From assembly GCA_963720505.1 (NCBI GenBank), contig CAVRFT010000002.1, positions 105,589 through 169,588 on the forward strand: a stretch of 64,000 nt of DNA, in the 5' to 3' direction. The position numbers and the translations under genes were made by a program. Shown one piece after another: positions 62,455-64,000 of the stretch (positions are counted from its first letter, which is position 1; each line of letters begins with the position of its first letter). The notes beneath the pieces are model-generated. The model made no database searches. It was not told the DNA's origin and worked only from the letters and a program-made list of their open reading frames with translations. Source of the stretch: an uncultured Chloroflexia bacterium. GTDB taxonomy: Bacteria > Chloroflexota > Limnocylindria > QHBO01.

Positions 62455-64000
62455 ATGCGCTCCAGCGCAGTCCGGCTCTGGATGATGCGCGGCGGGCTGG
62501 CCGCCGCGGCGCTTGCCGCGTGGCTGCTGATCGTCCCGGCGCCGGCGCAGGCGCACGCCATCGGACAGGTCTTCACGCTGCCGGTCCCGCTGGCTCTGTA
62601 CCTGGCGGGGGCAGCCCTGGCGGTGGCTGCATCGTTCGCGGTGGCGGTGGTGGTCGTCCGGCCCGCGCGGAGCACCCCGAGCTATCCCGCCTGGCCAGTC
62701 CCGGCCGGCCTCGCCAATGGCGCCTCCGTAATCCTGCGGTGGCTCGGCCCGATCATCTGGGTTGGCACCATCGTGCTCGGCTACCGGCTCGACTCGACTT
62801 CGGCGTTGCCAGCCGTCCTGTTCTGGATCTTCATCTGGACGGGCCTGCCGATCGCGTCGGTCCTGCTCGGCAATCCATGGCCCAGCCTGAGCCCCTTCCG
62901 GGCGCTTTTCAGCGCCTTCGAGCGCCTTGGGCGGCGAGCCGGACTGGACCGGCTGGATGCGGGCCTTTCCTACCCGCGCGGGCTGGGACAGTGGCCGGCG
63001 GTCGTCTTCCTGTTCGTCGCCCTGTGGGCCGAGCTGGTACTGCCGGAGAGCGAGACGCCGGTCACCGTCGCCAACCTGATGCTGGGCTACACGATCCTGA
63101 CGCTGGCCGGCATGACGCTGTTCGGTCGCGTCGCCTGGCTGCGCCACGCGGAGCTGTTCGAGGTGCTGCTCGGCTGGTTCGGGCGCATCGGTCCTATCGG
63201 TCGGCGGGTGGTGGTCGCCGCAGCCTGCCAGGACTGCGGGGAGGAATGCGACCCCGCCCGATGCGTGGACTGCCCCGAGTGCTCGGTCGCCGCTGAGTCC
63301 GGTGAGCGCGCTGCCGAGCTCCGGCCGTGGTTCGTCGGCCTGACGGAGGTCCAGCGCACGCAGTGGTCGGATGCCGGCTTCATCATCCTGGCATTGGCCG
63401 GCGTGACGTATGACGGGCTGCAGGAGACGGCCTTCTGGGGCGCGCTGATGCAGCCGATCTTCGTGGCGGTCTGGGAGGTACTCGGCGCGCTCAACACCGT
63501 GCTGATCATCCAGACGCTGGGCCTGGCGGCGGTATGGGTCGTGTTCCTGGCTGCTTTCACCCTGGCCACGGCCCTGACCCGCGCCCTCCACGACCCGCTG
63601 CGCCGTCCACCGCCGATGGGCCGGATGCTGGGCGTCTACGCCGCCACGCTGCTGCCGATCGCGGCGGGCTACCTGATTGCGCACTACCTGACGCTCCTGA
63701 TCCAGGGCGTGGTCTGGCTGCCGGAGCTGCTCCTGGATCCACTGCTCACCGTGGCGCCGCCGCTCGACTGGATCCCGGTGAGCGTGATCTGGTACCTGTC
63801 GGTCGGTGCGATCGTGATCGGGCACATCGTGGCCGTGGTGCTGGCGCATCGCATCGCGCTGCGTGACTCTCCCTCGCGCCCCGTGCTGGCGGGGCTGCCC
63901 TTGGTGGTGCTGATGATCGGCTATACGGTCATGTCGCTCTGGATCATCGCCGCGCCGATCACGCTGGAGCCCGGCGTCGTGCCGTCCGGGCTTCTGCCGC
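62455..64000 (+). CDS. Polytopic membrane protein ('fenitrothion hydrolase'-like family), runs to window end
   Basis: AHAIG..LPVPLALYLAGA, SPFR, YDG, LPIAAGYLIAHY, GHIVAV. Confidence 0.8.
   Translation, partial: MRSSAVRLWMMRGGLAAAALAAWLLIVPAPAQAHAIGQVFTLPVPLALYLAGAALAVAASFAVAVVVVRPARSTPSYPAWPVPAGLANGASVILRWLGPIIWVGTIVLGYRLDSTSALPAVLFWIFIWTGLPIASVLLGNPWPSLSPFRALFSAFERLGRRAGLDRLDAGLSYPRGLGQWPAVVFLFVALWAELVLPESETPVTVANLMLGYTILTLAGMTLFGRVAWLRHAELFEVLLGWFGRIGPIGRRVVVAAACQDCGEECDPARCVDCPECSVAAESGERAAELRPWFVGLTEVQRTQWSDAGFIILALAGVTYDGLQETAFWGALMQPIFVAVWEVLGALNTVLIIQTLGLAAVWVVFLAAFTLATALTRALHDPLRRPPPMGRMLGVYAATLLPIAAGYLIAHYLTLLIQGVVWLPELLLDPLLTVAPPLDWIPVSVIWYLSVGAIVIGHIVAVVLAHRIALRDSPSRPVLAGLPLVVLMIGYTVMSLWIIAAPITLEPGVVPSGLLP

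Noticed and set aside
35605-63849. Long antisense ORFs (35605..37629, 43187..44956, 50723..52822, 61984..63849)
   Set aside because: Shadow frames of real genes in high-GC DNA, with no recognisable motifs.

Overview
High-GC bacterial DNA. Gene content and leaderless promoters suggest Chloroflexota or a similar Terrabacteria lineage (inference only). Many single-base frameshifts look like long-read assembly errors. The window has three zones. (1) 1-7.4 kb is core: ligD, PRC-barrel protein, HAD hydrolase, class V aminotransferase, MFS transporter. (2) About 7.5-31.8 kb is an accessory island downstream of a minus-strand tRNA-Val(GAC) (31799-31875), closed by two displaced 3'-half tRNA copies (8351-8395, 7469-7514), with no integrase, transposase or RT visible. 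It holds about 30 unrelated small genes, many encoding lipoproteins or exported proteins. These are separated by two strictly co-oriented repeat families: repeat A, an imperfect hairpin of about 68 bp (18 full or partial copies, often with its own -10-like box and joined to the upstream stop codon), and repeat B, a 74-aa ORF (6 copies, 1 intact) whose stop usually overlaps the start of a variable cargo gene. The recurring [B]-[variable cargo]-[A] module is the main candidate for an undescribed gene-cassette system. (3) 32-64 kb is core-like: FAD oxidoreductase, DoxX/TlpA/DsbB, MalT-like regulator with membrane proteins, ABC exporter, amidohydrolase, GT2, MFS, TldD/TldE, DUF881 pair, peptidase, peptide-binding protein and a copper cluster. 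All family names come from motif recognition, not database searches.
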